Position numbers and translations under genes: made by a program. Below, in pieces: positions 54,038-64,000 of a stretch of 64,000 nucleotides of DNA. Source of the stretch: an uncultured Granulosicoccaceae bacterium (GTDB taxonomy: Bacteria; Pseudomonadota; Gammaproteobacteria; Granulosicoccales; Granulosicoccaceae); the NCBI GenBank assembly GCA_937951215.1, contig CALFCE010000205.1:51-64050 (forward strand). Reading direction: 5' to 3'. Below the pieces are notes generated by a model. The model worked only from the letters and a program-made list of their open reading frames with translations, did not search any database and was not told the DNA's origin. Every line of letters begins with the position of its first letter. Position 1 is the first letter of the stretch.

Positions 54038-55396
54038 CTAGAACCCCATCCCTGGTGGCATTTTACCCTGCATACCGCGCATCATTTTGGCCAGTCCGCC
54101 CTTGGACATTTTCTTCATCATTTTGCTCATCTGGGCATGCTGTTTCAGGAGCCGGTTGACGTCCTGAACCTGCAGTCCACTGCCGGCTGCCACCCGCTTC
54201 TTGCGCGAGCCTTTCAATACCGCCGGGAATTTGCGTTCATGCGGAGTCATCGAATTAATCAATGCAATCATACGCTTGACTTCGGTATCACCGGCCTGCG
54301 CCTTGACTCCCGGTGGCAGGTTGCCAGCACCTGGCATTTTGTCCAGCAGCGCCGCCATCCCCCCCATATTGGCCATCTGTTCCAGCTGGTCGCGCATATC
54401 GCCAAGATCAAAGTTCTTTCCCTTGCGAATCTTCTTGGCCAGCTTTTCAGCCTTGCCATGATCGACCTTGGCCTGCACTTCTTCAACCAGACTGACAACA
54501 TCGCCCATGCCGAGAATGCGTGAGGCAATGCGGTCCGGGTGGAACGGCTCAAGAGCGTCGGTTTTCTCTCCCGAGCCAATAAACTTGATCGGCTTGCCGG
54601 TGACCATACGCACTGACAGCGCCGCCCCACCGCGGGCATCACCATCGGTTTTTGTCAGCACAACACCTGTCAGCGGCAGCGCTTCACCAAAGGCTTTTGC
54701 CGTATTGGCCGCGTCTTGCCCGGTCATGCTGTCGACCACGAACAAGGTTTCAATCGGGTTTAGCGTGGAATGAAGCTGACGAATCTCATCCATCATGTCC
54801 TGATCAATGGCAAGCCGACCCGCGGTATCGACCAACAATACATCCATGTACTGCTTTTTCGCAGCCGCCAGCGCGCCGTTCGCTATCTGAACCGGGGTTT
54901 GCTGCAAATCACTGGGATGGAAAGTGGCATCAACTGAATCTGCCAGCGTTGACAGCTGTTGAATCGCCGCCGGCCGGTAGACGTCACAGCTGACCACCAT
55001 GACTTTTTTCTTCTGGGTTTCTGCCAGCAGTTTTGCAAGCTTGCCAACGGTTGTTGTTTTACCCGCACCCTGCAGGCCTGCCATCAGAATCACGGCGGGA
55101 GGTTGCTGCGCAAGATCGAGCCCGCTCCCGGTTTCGCCCATCAAGGCCACCAGCTCATCATTAACGACCTTGATCAGCGCCTGGCCGGGCGACAGACTAC
55201 CCAGCACTTCCTGACCCATGGCCTTGTCGGTGACACTGTCGATAAATTGTTTGACCACCGGCAACGCAACGTCAGCTTCCAGCAACGCCATGCGGACTTC
55301 CCGCAATGTTTCCTTGACGTTGTCTTCAGTCAACCGTCCCTGACCGCGGAGGTTTTTAATCGTGCGGCCGAGTTTGTCGCTTAGTGAATCAAACAT
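54038..55396 (-). CDS. ffh: signal recognition particle protein Ffh
   Basis: MFDSLSDKL start, GLQGAGKTTT, DTAGRL, and a Met-rich M domain ending in PPGMGF. Confidence 0.96.
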   Translation of the reverse strand: MFDSLSDKLGRTIKNLRGQGRLTEDNVKETLREVRMALLEADVALPVVKQFIDSVTDKAMGQEVLGSLSPGQALIKVVNDELVALMGETGSGLDLAQQPPAVILMAGLQGAGKTTTVGKLAKLLAETQKKKVMVVSCDVYRPAAIQQLSTLADSVDATFHPSDLQQTPVQIANGALAAAKKQYMDVLLVDTAGRLAIDQDMMDEIRQLHSTLNPIETLFVVDSMTGQDAANTAKAFGEALPLTGVVLTKTDGDARGGAALSVRMVTGKPIKFIGSGEKTDALEPFHPDRIASRILGMGDVVSLVEEVQAKVDHGKAEKLAKKIRKGKNFDLGDMRDQLEQMANMGGMAALLDKMPGAGNLPPGVKAQAGDTEVKRMIALINSMTPHERKFPAVLKGSRKKRVAAGSGLQVQDVNRLLKQHAQMSKMMKKMSKGGLAKMMRGMQGKMPPGMGF

Positions 55397-55605
55397 GATC
55401 ACCCCTCAATGCAAAAAAGATGGCAGTATAATGTGTAAAACCGAGAACCGGCCGGGGAGCAAACCCGGCAAAGTAACGGATCAGTATACCGCTTAATCGG
55501 GGATTTCGGCGCATTCAGACCAAATGTCGACAATAAAGTCTTGACAGCACCCCGACAGACCTTTATTCAGTTAGGTGTCATAGCCATACGAGGTCCAGAC
55601 CCTTC

Positions 55606-56931
55606 TTGAACACCATCCCACTCAGCGTGCTTTTCGGCTCGCTGGTACTACTGATTCTGATGTCCGGTTTTTTCTCGGGCTCGGAAACGGCTCTGATGTC
55701 CCTCAACCGCTACCGGTTGCGACACCTGGCAAAAAACGGCCACAAAGGCGCTATCCGGACTGCCAAACTGTTACAAACACCCGACAGGCTGATCAGTTTG
55801 ATCCTGCTGGGCAATAATTTTGTCAACATTCTCGCTTCGGCAATTGCCACGGTTATCGCCCTCCGATTGTTGGGTGAAGCAGGAATCGCGGTTGCAACCG
55901 GAATTTTAACGCTGGTTATTTTAGTATTTGCCGAAGTCACACCAAAAACGCTGGCAACCTTGCGCGCCGAAAAAATCGCCTTCTTTGCCTCCCACATTTA
56001 CACCCCGCTGATGGTGATTGCGTGGCCGGTTGTACGGGTGATCAACTGGATCGCCAAAGCACTACTGGGCCTTTTTAACGTGAGTTCCGCGCAAGACCAC
56101 CTTGAAGAAAATTTAAGCAGCGCCGAATTCGCCACTGTTGTCAATGAAGCAGGCGGGTTGATCCCCGAGCGACACCGGGAAATGCTGTTAAATATCCTCG
56201 ATCTCGAGCAAGTCAGCGTGGATGACATTATGGTGCCGCGCAATGACATTATGGCTATCGACCTTGACGACAGCTGGGACGAGATTCTGCAACAGATCAC
56301 CAACAGCAGCCACGGCCGGCTGCTGGTCTACCGGGAAAATATCGATAACGTGGTCGGCTTTATCTACCTGCGCAAGATGCTGGACGCAATGCGCTCGGGT
56401 AATTTCGATCGCAAGGCACTCGAGTCCCGAATCAGGGACGCCTATTTTATTCCCGAAGGCACCAGTTTGACGGTGCAATTGCTGAACTATCAGCGCGAGA
56501 AGCGCCGCATTGGCCTGGTGGTTGACGAATATGGCGATATTCTCGGTTTGCTGACACTGGAAGACATCCTTGAAGAGATCGTTGGTGAATTCAACAACGA
56601 CCCTGCCGCAGCCCCCGACGAAATCAGGCCACAACCCGATGGCAGTTTTCTGGTCGACGGCACGACCCAGATCAGGAACCTTAACCGGGTATTGAAGTGG
56701 TCATTGTCCAACAATGGACCAAAAACACTGAATGGCATCGTGCTGGAGCACCTGGAGTCTTTTCCAGAACAAGGCTCGATGTTCCGATTGCACGATCACA
56801 CCATTGAAATACTGGACGTGGAAGAAAATCGGGTCAGTCAACTGCGTGTTACCCCGCTGTCAGGCAACGGGGCAGATGCAACTGAATCCGAAGGTTTCGA
56901 TGGCGAACAAGCTGCAGGTGGACGTCGCTAA
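55606..56931 (+). CDS. CNNM/CorB-type transporter (DUF21 + CBS pair + CorC_HlyC)
   Basis: The DUF21 TM region carries SGSETALMS. A CBS pair follows, then a C-terminal transporter-associated domain. It is divergent from ffh as in enterobacteria. TTG start. Confidence 0.85.
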   Translation: MNTIPLSVLFGSLVLLILMSGFFSGSETALMSLNRYRLRHLAKNGHKGAIRTAKLLQTPDRLISLILLGNNFVNILASAIATVIALRLLGEAGIAVATGILTLVILVFAEVTPKTLATLRAEKIAFFASHIYTPLMVIAWPVVRVINWIAKALLGLFNVSSAQDHLEENLSSAEFATVVNEAGGLIPERHREMLLNILDLEQVSVDDIMVPRNDIMAIDLDDSWDEILQQITNSSHGRLLVYRENIDNVVGFIYLRKMLDAMRSGNFDRKALESRIRDAYFIPEGTSLTVQLLNYQREKRRIGLVVDEYGDILGLLTLEDILEEIVGEFNNDPAAAPDEIRPQPDGSFLVDGTTQIRNLNRVLKWSLSNNGPKTLNGIVLEHLESFPEQGSMFRLHDHTIEILDVEENRVSQLRVTPLSGNGADATESEGFDGEQAAGGRR

Positions 56932-56934
56932 CCT

Positions 56935-58290
56935 GTGGCTAAAGCCAAAACCCAATACCAATGTCGCGAATGTGGTGCACTTTCCAGCAAATGGAACGGG
57001 CAGTGCGCGGACTGTCAGGCCTGGAACACTCTGGAAGAAGTTGCGATAGCAGAGAGCCCGGCTGGCAAAGCCCGTTTTGAAGGCTATGGCGGCAACGCCA
57101 AGGTGACGCTGGCAAGCGATATTTCTCTAGATGAAGCCCCACGCAGCACCACCGGCCTGAGTGAACTCGACCGAGTGTTGGGAGGGGGTTTGGTTGCTGG
57201 TTCCGTCACCTTGCTCGGGGGTGACCCGGGCATCGGCAAATCAACGCTACTGGTTCAATGCATCGCGTTTTTGAGCCAACATTGCAAAACACTCTACATC
57301 ACCGGCGAAGAATCCTTGCAGCAGGTTAGTGCCCGGGCGCAGCGTCTGGAATTACCACAAACCGCCCTGCGCTTGCTGGCCGAGACCAGAGTCGAGCAAA
57401 TTATCAATGTTCTGGCCAAGGAAAAACCGCAGGTCCTGGTCATCGATTCGATACAAACCATGTACACCGACACGCTCAACTCGGCACCGGGAGCGGTGGC
57501 GCAAGTGAGGGAAAGTGCTGCTCGACTGGTGCGTTATGCCAAACACACTGGAACCTCGATTTTTCTGGTTGGGCACGTTACCAAAGAAGGTGCGCTGGCC
57601 GGTCCTCGCGTGCTGGAACATATGGTGGATACCGTGTTGTATTTCGAAGGTGATCCCGGCAATCGCTTCCGCGTCATTCGGGCAGTCAAAAACCGTTTTG
57701 GAGCGGTCAATGAACTCGGTGTCTTTGCGATGACTGAAAGAGGCTTGCAGGTGGTTAAAAATCCATCAGCCATCTTCCTGTCACGGCACCCGGAACCGGT
57801 CAGTGGCAGCGTTATCATGGTTACCCGCGAGGGTACGCGACCGATGCTGGTCGAGGCCCAGGCACTTGTTGATGAAGGCGGCTCCCACCCCCGACGCATA
57901 ACTCTTGGCCTGGAACAGAACCGTCTGGCCATGCTTTTGGCTGTTATGCATCGACATGCAGGAATCGCGATGTTCGACCAGGACGTTTACGTTAATGTGG
58001 TAGGCGGTGTGCGCATCAGTGAGACGGCAGCTGATCTGCCGGTATTGCTGGCAGCCCTGTCATCGTTTCGGGATCGTCCACTGCCCAACGATCTGGTCGT
58101 ATTTGGAGAAATCGGCCTGGCTGGTGAAGTCAGACCGGTACCCAATGGTGAAGAGCGTCTGACTGAAGCTGCGAAGCATGGATTCAAACGCGCCATCGTT
58201 GCTTCTCGTAACGTCCCAAAATCAAAAAATCCGGATTTCAGGGTTGATGGAATCGACCGTCTGTCTCAAGCGCTGGATTTGATAGACTAA
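56935..58290 (+). CDS. radA: DNA repair protein RadA/Sms
   Basis: Zn finger YQCRECGA..CADCQAWN, Walker A GDPGIGKST, KNRFG and a Lon-like C-terminal domain. GTG start. Confidence 0.95.
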   Translation: MAKAKTQYQCRECGALSSKWNGQCADCQAWNTLEEVAIAESPAGKARFEGYGGNAKVTLASDISLDEAPRSTTGLSELDRVLGGGLVAGSVTLLGGDPGIGKSTLLVQCIAFLSQHCKTLYITGEESLQQVSARAQRLELPQTALRLLAETRVEQIINVLAKEKPQVLVIDSIQTMYTDTLNSAPGAVAQVRESAARLVRYAKHTGTSIFLVGHVTKEGALAGPRVLEHMVDTVLYFEGDPGNRFRVIRAVKNRFGAVNELGVFAMTERGLQVVKNPSAIFLSRHPEPVSGSVIMVTREGTRPMLVEAQALVDEGGSHPRRITLGLEQNRLAMLLAVMHRHAGIAMFDQDVYVNVVGGVRISETAADLPVLLAALSSFRDRPLPNDLVVFGEIGLAGEVRPVPNGEERLTEAAKHGFKRAIVASRNVPKSKNPDFRVDGIDRLSQALDLID

Positions 58291-58322
58291 CAACTGCGTA
58301 AAGGTTTTATGCGAAATCAGCC

Positions 58323-59264
58323 ATGGGTAACCGTCCGGTGAACGAAGTATGCGACTGTCTCGAGATCTATCGTCAACGAGCCAATCAGGCTCTGGATAGA
58401 TGTCTGCCGGTATTCGACGCACCGAGCCAGGGAGCCAACCCGGACAGCAGCAATAATTTAACCGTGCTACCCGAAGCCATGCGCTATTGCGTGACCAATG
58501 GCGGCAAGCGCATCCGGCCGGCACTGACCTATGCCACCGGCAGCGGTATGGGCATTGACCTTGACCGGCTCGATATCCCTGCCTGCAGCCTCGAACTCAT
58601 GCATGCTTATTCGCTGGTTCACGATGATCTGCCGGCTATGGACAACGATGATCTTCGACGTGGTCTACCCACCTGTCATCGCAAGTACGATGAAGCAACT
58701 GCCATTCTGGCCGGGGATGCCTTGCAGGCGCTGGCGTTTACCATGTTGGCCAGCAACGACGATGCTGCCATCAGTGCGGAAAACAAGACTGCCATGATCC
58801 AGCTATTAGGCGATGCCAGTGGTGCCTCTGGCATGGCGGCCGGTCAGGCCATCGATCTGGCCAGCGTTGGGAAAAATCTGAGCTTGCAGCAACTGGAGGA
58901 AATGCATCGCTACAAAACGGGTGCGCTAATCAATGCAAGCATCATGATGGCAACCTGCGCAGCGCCTGCCAGGGACGATGAGTTCAACCAACACCTCAGC
59001 CAGTTTGCAGATGAGCTGGGTCTGCTCTTTCAGATTGTTGATGATATTCTGGATGTCGTTTCCGACACCCAGACACTGGGAAAACCTCAGGGGGCTGACA
59101 AAGCCTTGAACAAACCGACCTACCCGGCACTATTGGGTCTCGAAGGCGCCAGGCAACATGCCAGTGACATCCATTCCCAAGCGCTTTCACATCTCGACCA
59201 ACTCGGTTCAGGATTCAGTGAACTCCGTGATATTTCGAACTTTGTGATAAAACGCAGCCACTGA
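58323..59264 (+). CDS. ispA: farnesyl diphosphate synthase
   Basis: FARM LVHDDLPAMDNDDLRRG, SARM FQIVDDILD. It lies directly upstream of dxs. Confidence 0.92.
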   Translation: MGNRPVNEVCDCLEIYRQRANQALDRCLPVFDAPSQGANPDSSNNLTVLPEAMRYCVTNGGKRIRPALTYATGSGMGIDLDRLDIPACSLELMHAYSLVHDDLPAMDNDDLRRGLPTCHRKYDEATAILAGDALQALAFTMLASNDDAAISAENKTAMIQLLGDASGASGMAAGQAIDLASVGKNLSLQQLEEMHRYKTGALINASIMMATCAAPARDDEFNQHLSQFADELGLLFQIVDDILDVVSDTQTLGKPQGADKALNKPTYPALLGLEGARQHASDIHSQALSHLDQLGSGFSELRDISNFVIKRSH

Positions 59265-59487
59265 AAAACTTCTGTACAGCTGTTCCGGTACCACTGCCCC
59301 CAGATAACAACCTCACAGATGACCACATCACAGTGCATCAAACTTATGTGCAGGCTTTTAAACAGATGTGCAAAAACGAGCTTGATTCCAATACCACACG
59401 GTCATCTCTGACAAGCTGGAACTCCTTGCCTGTTTCAGGCAGGACAAACGATAATCGGCCTTCGTTGAATAACAGCCATTCAAATTA

Positions 59488-61434
59488 ATGCCTGATATAG
59501 ATCAATTCCAGACGCTGAAACATATCGATTCACCAACCGATCTTCGACAGCTCAGCACTGATCAACTGCCGGAGCTTTGTGCGGAATTGCGAGAGTTTCT
59601 GATCCAGTCGGTGGCTGAAACCGGCGGGCACCTGGGTGCCAGTTTGGGCACAGTGGAATTGACAGCGGCTTTGCATTACGTCTACCAGACACCGGATGAT
59701 TTACTGGTGTGGGATGTCGGACACCAAACCTACCCTCATAAAATCCTGACTGGTCGTCGCGACAGAATGAACACGATGCGCAAACGTGGTGGGCTTGCCG
59801 GTTTTCCGAGTCGTCAGGAAAGTGAGTACGACACGTTCGGAGTTGGCCACTCAAGCACGTCGATCAGCGCGTCCATCGGTATGGCCCTGGGAAAAAATAT
59901 GGGTCTGGATAGTGAAAACCGCGATGACAACAATGCAGCCAAGGTGGTCGCTGTTATAGGTGATGGCGCATTAACCGCCGGCCTCGCTTATGAAGCGCTC
60001 AATCATGGCGGAACATGTGCCAGGGATTTGTTGGTCATTCTTAATGACAACGATATGTCAATTTCTCCCAATGTGGGAGCAATGAACAAGTACCTTGCAC
60101 GAATACTGACCGGAAAGATTTATGCTGGTGCAAGGGAAGGCAGTAAAAAAGTACTAAGCAAAGTTCCTCCGATACTGGAATTTGCCCGACGTACCGAGGA
60201 ACATGTCAAAGGCATGGTGGTGCCATGCACTTTGTTCGAAGAACTCGGCTTCAACTATTTCGGCCCTGTTGACGGCCACGACGTGGAAAGCCTGGTTGAC
60301 ATCCTGACCAATCTACGCGAGCTCAATGGCCCACAGTTTCTGCATGTGGTTACCAAAAAAGGCAAAGGCTACCCATTTGCAGAACAGGATGCGTTGGCGC
60401 TACACGCGGTAAACCCGTTCAATCCGCAAACCGGAAAACCAATCAAAACGGTCAAAGCAGGCGCCAAGCCCAAGCCCACCTACACGCAAGTGTTCAGCCA
60501 ATGGCTGTGCGATCAGGCTCAACAGGACCAGCGACTGGTCGGCATCACTCCCGCAATGCGCGAAGGCTCTGGCCTGATTGAATTTGAAAAGCAGTTCCCG
60601 GAGCGGTATTTTGATGTAGGGATTGCCGAACAGCACGCAGTGACTTTGGCGGCGGGCATGGCTTGCGTTGGCAAAAAGCCGGTGGTTGCGATTTATTCGA
60701 CTTTCCTGCAGCGAGCCTACGACCAACTGGTCCACGATGTCGCCATTCAAAACCTGCCAGTGCTTTTTGCCATTGACAGAGCGGGCCTGGTTGGGCCAGA
60801 TGGCGCAACGCACGCTGGCAGTTTCGATTTCAGTTTTATGCGCTGCCTGCCCAATATGGTCGTTATGGCGCCAGCGGATGAAAACGAATGCCGGCAAATG
60901 CTGCACACAGGATTTCAGCTGGATGGCCCCAGCTCAGTGCGCTATCCACGCGGCAGTGGCCCCGGAGTGCCAATATCCGAACAGCTCACTGCCATCGACG
61001 TTGGCAAGGCCGAAGTGCGGTGCAAGGGTGAAAATATCGCTTTATTGGCCTTTGGATCCATGGTGGAACCGGCGCACAAAATTGGCCTTGAGCTGGGCTT
61101 AAGCGTAGTAAACATGCGGTTTGTGAAGCCACTCGACATGGAAACCCTCAAGAAGATGGCACAAACCCATGACTTGCTGATCACATTGGAGGAGAATGCA
61201 GTGGCAGGCGGTGCCGGATCGGCAGTGCTTGAAGCGCTTTCAGCCGCGGGCATCCATACGCCAGTTAAAATAATGGGCCTTCCGGACGAGTTTGTCGAAC
61301 ACGGCAGCCGGGAGGAACTACTGTCTTACTGCAAACTCGATGAGGCCGGCCTGCGCACCAGACTATCGGAGATCCAGTCAGGCTGGGACCGTGTACAGGA
61401 AAGTCAACAGCAAAAAGTATTGCGTGTGAGGTAA
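59488..61434 (+). CDS. dxs: 1-deoxy-D-xylulose-5-phosphate synthase
   Basis: [40 protein letters not shown]. Confidence 0.96.
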   Translation: MPDIDQFQTLKHIDSPTDLRQLSTDQLPELCAELREFLIQSVAETGGHLGASLGTVELTAALHYVYQTPDDLLVWDVGHQTYPHKILTGRRDRMNTMRKRGGLAGFPSRQESEYDTFGVGHSSTSISASIGMALGKNMGLDSENRDDNNAAKVVAVIGDGALTAGLAYEALNHGGTCARDLLVILNDNDMSISPNVGAMNKYLARILTGKIYAGAREGSKKVLSKVPPILEFARRTEEHVKGMVVPCTLFEELGFNYFGPVDGHDVESLVDILTNLRELNGPQFLHVVTKKGKGYPFAEQDALALHAVNPFNPQTGKPIKTVKAGAKPKPTYTQVFSQWLCDQAQQDQRLVGITPAMREGSGLIEFEKQFPERYFDVGIAEQHAVTLAAGMACVGKKPVVAIYSTFLQRAYDQLVHDVAIQNLPVLFAIDRAGLVGPDGATHAGSFDFSFMRCLPNMVVMAPADENECRQMLHTGFQLDGPSSVRYPRGSGPGVPISEQLTAIDVGKAEVRCKGENIALLAFGSMVEPAHKIGLELGLSVVNMRFVKPLDMETLKKMAQTHDLLITLEENAVAGGAGSAVLEALSAAGIHTPVKIMGLPDEFVEHGSREELLSYCKLDEAGLRTRLSEIQSGWDRVQESQQQKVLRVR

Positions 61435-61470
61435 CACGCAAACGAGTCATAGAGGCAAATACAGTAAGCA

Positions 61471-62283
61471 ATGAGTAACAGCTCGTCTACAACAAACCAA
61501 TCGATTCCAGATGTGCAATCCTACGATGACAGTCGCCGTATCGCGATTTCCCGCGTAGGCATCAAGGATATCAAATACCCGGTCACGGTGATTGATCGCC
61601 TGCAGCAACCCCAGGCGGTGATCGGCAACTTTACGATGACTGTCGCATTGCCTGAAGATCGCAAGGGCACTCACATGTCACGCTTTACGCAATTGCTTAA
61701 CGAGCATGCGCAGACCGTTCACTCACTCGCTAATTTCGTCGAGTTGTTTCGGGAAATGAACCGCCGGCTGGAGAGTACGGAAGGCACGATCGAAATGTCC
61801 TTCGTTTATTTCATCAATAAAACAGCCCCGGTCAGTGGTGTGTCCGGCATGCTCGACTATCAGGTATCGCTGCGAGCTGATATCACCCGTGGCAAAGAAG
61901 CTGCCTCATCGGTAAAAGTGGTGGTACCAGTCACGACCTTATGCCCTTGCTCCAAAGAAATTTCGGAATACGGAGCGCATAACCAGCGCTCCCATGTCAC
62001 CATCGATGCCACCCCGAAACAGGACTCGTCCTTTTTCTGGGAAGATCTGATCGACTATGCCGAAAGTGAAGCATCAAGCCAGCTTTACAGTCAGCTAAAA
62101 CGCAGTGATGAAAAGCTGGTCACCGAAAAAGCCTATGAAAACCCGAAATTCGTGGAAGACCTGATAAGGGATATCGCACTGAAACTCAATGCCGACGATC
62201 GCATTGACTGTTACACACTTGAGGTAGAAAATTTTGAATCGATACACAATCATTCAGCGTACGCGATTATAGAATCATCCTGA
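61471..62283 (+). CDS. folE2: GTP cyclohydrolase FolE2 (type IB)
   Basis: IAISRVGIKDIKYPV, KGTHMSRF, TLCPCSKEIS..GAHNQRS. Confidence 0.88.
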   Translation: MSNSSSTTNQSIPDVQSYDDSRRIAISRVGIKDIKYPVTVIDRLQQPQAVIGNFTMTVALPEDRKGTHMSRFTQLLNEHAQTVHSLANFVELFREMNRRLESTEGTIEMSFVYFINKTAPVSGVSGMLDYQVSLRADITRGKEAASSVKVVVPVTTLCPCSKEISEYGAHNQRSHVTIDATPKQDSSFFWEDLIDYAESEASSQLYSQLKRSDEKLVTEKAYENPKFVEDLIRDIALKLNADDRIDCYTLEVENFESIHNHSAYAIIESS

Positions 62284-62314
62284 TACAACACACATAAATC
62301 ACAAGGAGAAGCAC

Positions 62315-63331
62315 ATGAAGCAATTGAATCGACGACAGGTGTTGACACTACTCGGAGGCACAGCTGTTGCTCTGGGCTTCGGTGCTCCAGTGTTGGCAGA
62401 AAAACGTAAAATTCGCGTGGGCGCACTACGGTTCACGTCTCACTCAGCCAGCTTTATCGCGCAGGAACGTGGATACTTCGCTGAAGCGGGGCTGGATGTT
62501 GAATTGGTCTTTTTCCAGGCGGCTCAGCCCATGGCGGTTGCCATTGCATCCGGAGATATTGACTACGCGGTTACGGCTGTCTCCGGTGGCCTGATCTCCC
62601 TGGCTCAAAAGGGCGCAATCAAAGTCATCGGGGGCGCACTGTCAGAAGAGGCCGGGATCGACGGACAGCAAATCCTGGTTTCTGATGCTGCATTCAAAGC
62701 CGGTGTCACTACACCGTCCATGCTGGATGGCAAAAGTTTCGGCGTTACACAAACCGGATCCTCTTTCCACTATATGGGCTCACAGATAGCCGCTGCCGAA
62801 AACATTTCGCTCAGCTTCAAGCCGCTGCAGAAAGTCGGAGCCGTCATCGGTGCCTTGAAGTCCGGTCAGATAGATGCCTGGACGATCGTCCCGCACATAG
62901 CGAAGCCTTTAGCCAAGTCTGGCACCATTCATATCATTGGCGCGGTCAAGGATTACGTCCCCGATTACCAAATCACCACCGTTTTCACATCAGCGAAAAA
63001 TGCGTCGTCCGAGCAGGAGCTGACCAAGAGCTTTCTGGCAGCGTTCTCTCGCGGTGTCGATGACTACACCAACGCGATGATCGACCAGGCGGATGGAGAA
63101 GACGGCATGAACGAGATGGTAGACCTCATCCACAAATACGTTTACACCGACCGCCCAAGAGAGAAAGCCGCACCTTCGATCATCAACGGCACGATGCGTT
63201 TGAACAAGGGTGCCGCACTGAATATTGCATCGATCCAGAATCAACTCGACTGGTTTCAGGCTGAAGACCTTGTCGACAAATCAATTTCCATCGACGATCT
63301 GGTTGATCAGTCTTACGTTGATATTCTTTGA
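62315..63331 (+). CDS. ABC transporter substrate-binding protein (NMT1/THI5-like, nitrate/sulfonate/taurine class)
   Basis: Tat-like signal NRRQVLTLLGGTAVALGFGAPVLA. It has a two-lobed SBP pattern and is followed by a matching ATPase. Confidence 0.8.
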   Translation: MKQLNRRQVLTLLGGTAVALGFGAPVLAEKRKIRVGALRFTSHSASFIAQERGYFAEAGLDVELVFFQAAQPMAVAIASGDIDYAVTAVSGGLISLAQKGAIKVIGGALSEEAGIDGQQILVSDAAFKAGVTTPSMLDGKSFGVTQTGSSFHYMGSQIAAAENISLSFKPLQKVGAVIGALKSGQIDAWTIVPHIAKPLAKSGTIHIIGAVKDYVPDYQITTVFTSAKNASSEQELTKSFLAAFSRGVDDYTNAMIDQADGEDGMNEMVDLIHKYVYTDRPREKAAPSIINGTMRLNKGAALNIASIQNQLDWFQAEDLVDKSISIDDLVDQSYVDIL

Positions 63332-63364
63332 TATCAATCCCTGAGGGGTCAATAATACAAACGG

Positions 63365-64000
63365 GTGGATATCCAACTTCAGAATATCGGTCATCACTAT
63401 GGTGACCTTTCTATTCTTGACGATATCTCTCTGTCCATTCCGAACGGCAAAATAGTTTGTATTGTCGGCCCTTCAGGCTGCGGAAAATCGACCTTGTTAC
63501 GGTTTATCGGTGGCCTCGAAGAACCATCCTCAGGGTCGGTTATTCAGCTCGGCACTCCGGCAGCTGATTGCCTCAATCCTCTGACCTATATTTTCCAGGA
63601 CTTTGCATTGCTGCCATGGCGTAGTGTTTATGACAACATTTCACTGGTACTCGAAGATCACAAACTCACCAAACAATCGATCAGGCAAATTGTAGACGAT
63701 GTGCTGGGCAGAACCGGGCTGACCGATTTTGCCAAAGCCCTGCCCAAACAATTATCCGGCGGCATGAAACAACGCGTCGCCATAGCACGAGCGCTGGCAG
63801 TAAACCCGGCAGTCCTGCTGATGGACGAACCCTTGTCGGCCCTCGATAGCCAGACTCGCGAACTCTTGATGAATGATCTCGTTGGCTTATGGCTTCGCAC
63901 ACCCTTCACAGCGGTTTATGTCACACACAATCTCGCGGAAGCTGTGCGGCTGGGTCACCGCATTGTGGTTTTGTCCCGCCGCCCGGGAAAAATCAGGAAA
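63365..64000 (+). CDS. ABC transporter ATP-binding protein (nitrate/sulfonate/taurine class), 3' end outside window
   Basis: GTG start. Translation gives VDIQLQNIGHHYGD...VGPSGCGKSTLLR (Walker A), LSGGMKQRVAIARAL and LLMDEPLSALD. The frame is open to the window end and is absent from the ORF track for that reason. Confidence 0.9.
   Translation, partial: MDIQLQNIGHHYGDLSILDDISLSIPNGKIVCIVGPSGCGKSTLLRFIGGLEEPSSGSVIQLGTPAADCLNPLTYIFQDFALLPWRSVYDNISLVLEDHKLTKQSIRQIVDDVLGRTGLTDFAKALPKQLSGGMKQRVAIARALAVNPAVLLMDEPLSALDSQTRELLMNDLVGLWLRTPFTAVYVTHNLAEAVRLGHRIVVLSRRPGKIRK

Overview
This 64-kb window looks like core chromosome of a roughly 50% GC gammaproteobacterium. The call rests on synteny blocks typical of that class: ygfB-pepP-ubiH, zapA-ssrS-ygfA, rpsP-rimM-trmD-rplS, pcnB-folK and minCDE. 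I call about 62 protein genes, and almost all are housekeeping. They include a carbohydrate ABC importer with a PfkB kinase, a split B12-dependent ribonucleotide reductase (nrdJa/nrdJb), minCDE, adk, metY, ilvA, rpiA, amt-glnK, htpG, ffh, radA, ispA-dxs and folE2. There is one ncRNA, the 6S RNA (ssrS). I found no tRNA or rRNA genes, CRISPR arrays, transposases, integrases, prophage or recognisable defence genes. The most unusual signals are these. (1) Seven gene 3' ends carry short tandem repeats of 8-17 bp whose unit contains the gene's own stop codon. Separately, at least seven tandem duplications inside ORFs are all multiples of 3 bp. (2) The nrdJab locus has four NrdR-type boxes, three of them phased 32 bp apart, and a co-oriented 82-aa ORF that resembles an NrdR zinc ribbon without an ATP-cone. 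(3) A translationally coupled pair of unknown proteins (3706-5903) follows the sugar operon, and the second carries a degenerate ROK/ASKHA-like domain. (4) pcnB's conserved N-terminus lies upstream of any ATG/GTG/TTG codon, so it needs an AUU/AUA/AUC-class start. (5) A perfect 20-bp inverted repeat lies between htpG and cytochrome c4. (6) Several housekeeping proteins carry low-complexity tails (MinE, ComEA-like, RimM, NrdJa). All functional calls come from motif and family recognition by eye, since no database search was possible.
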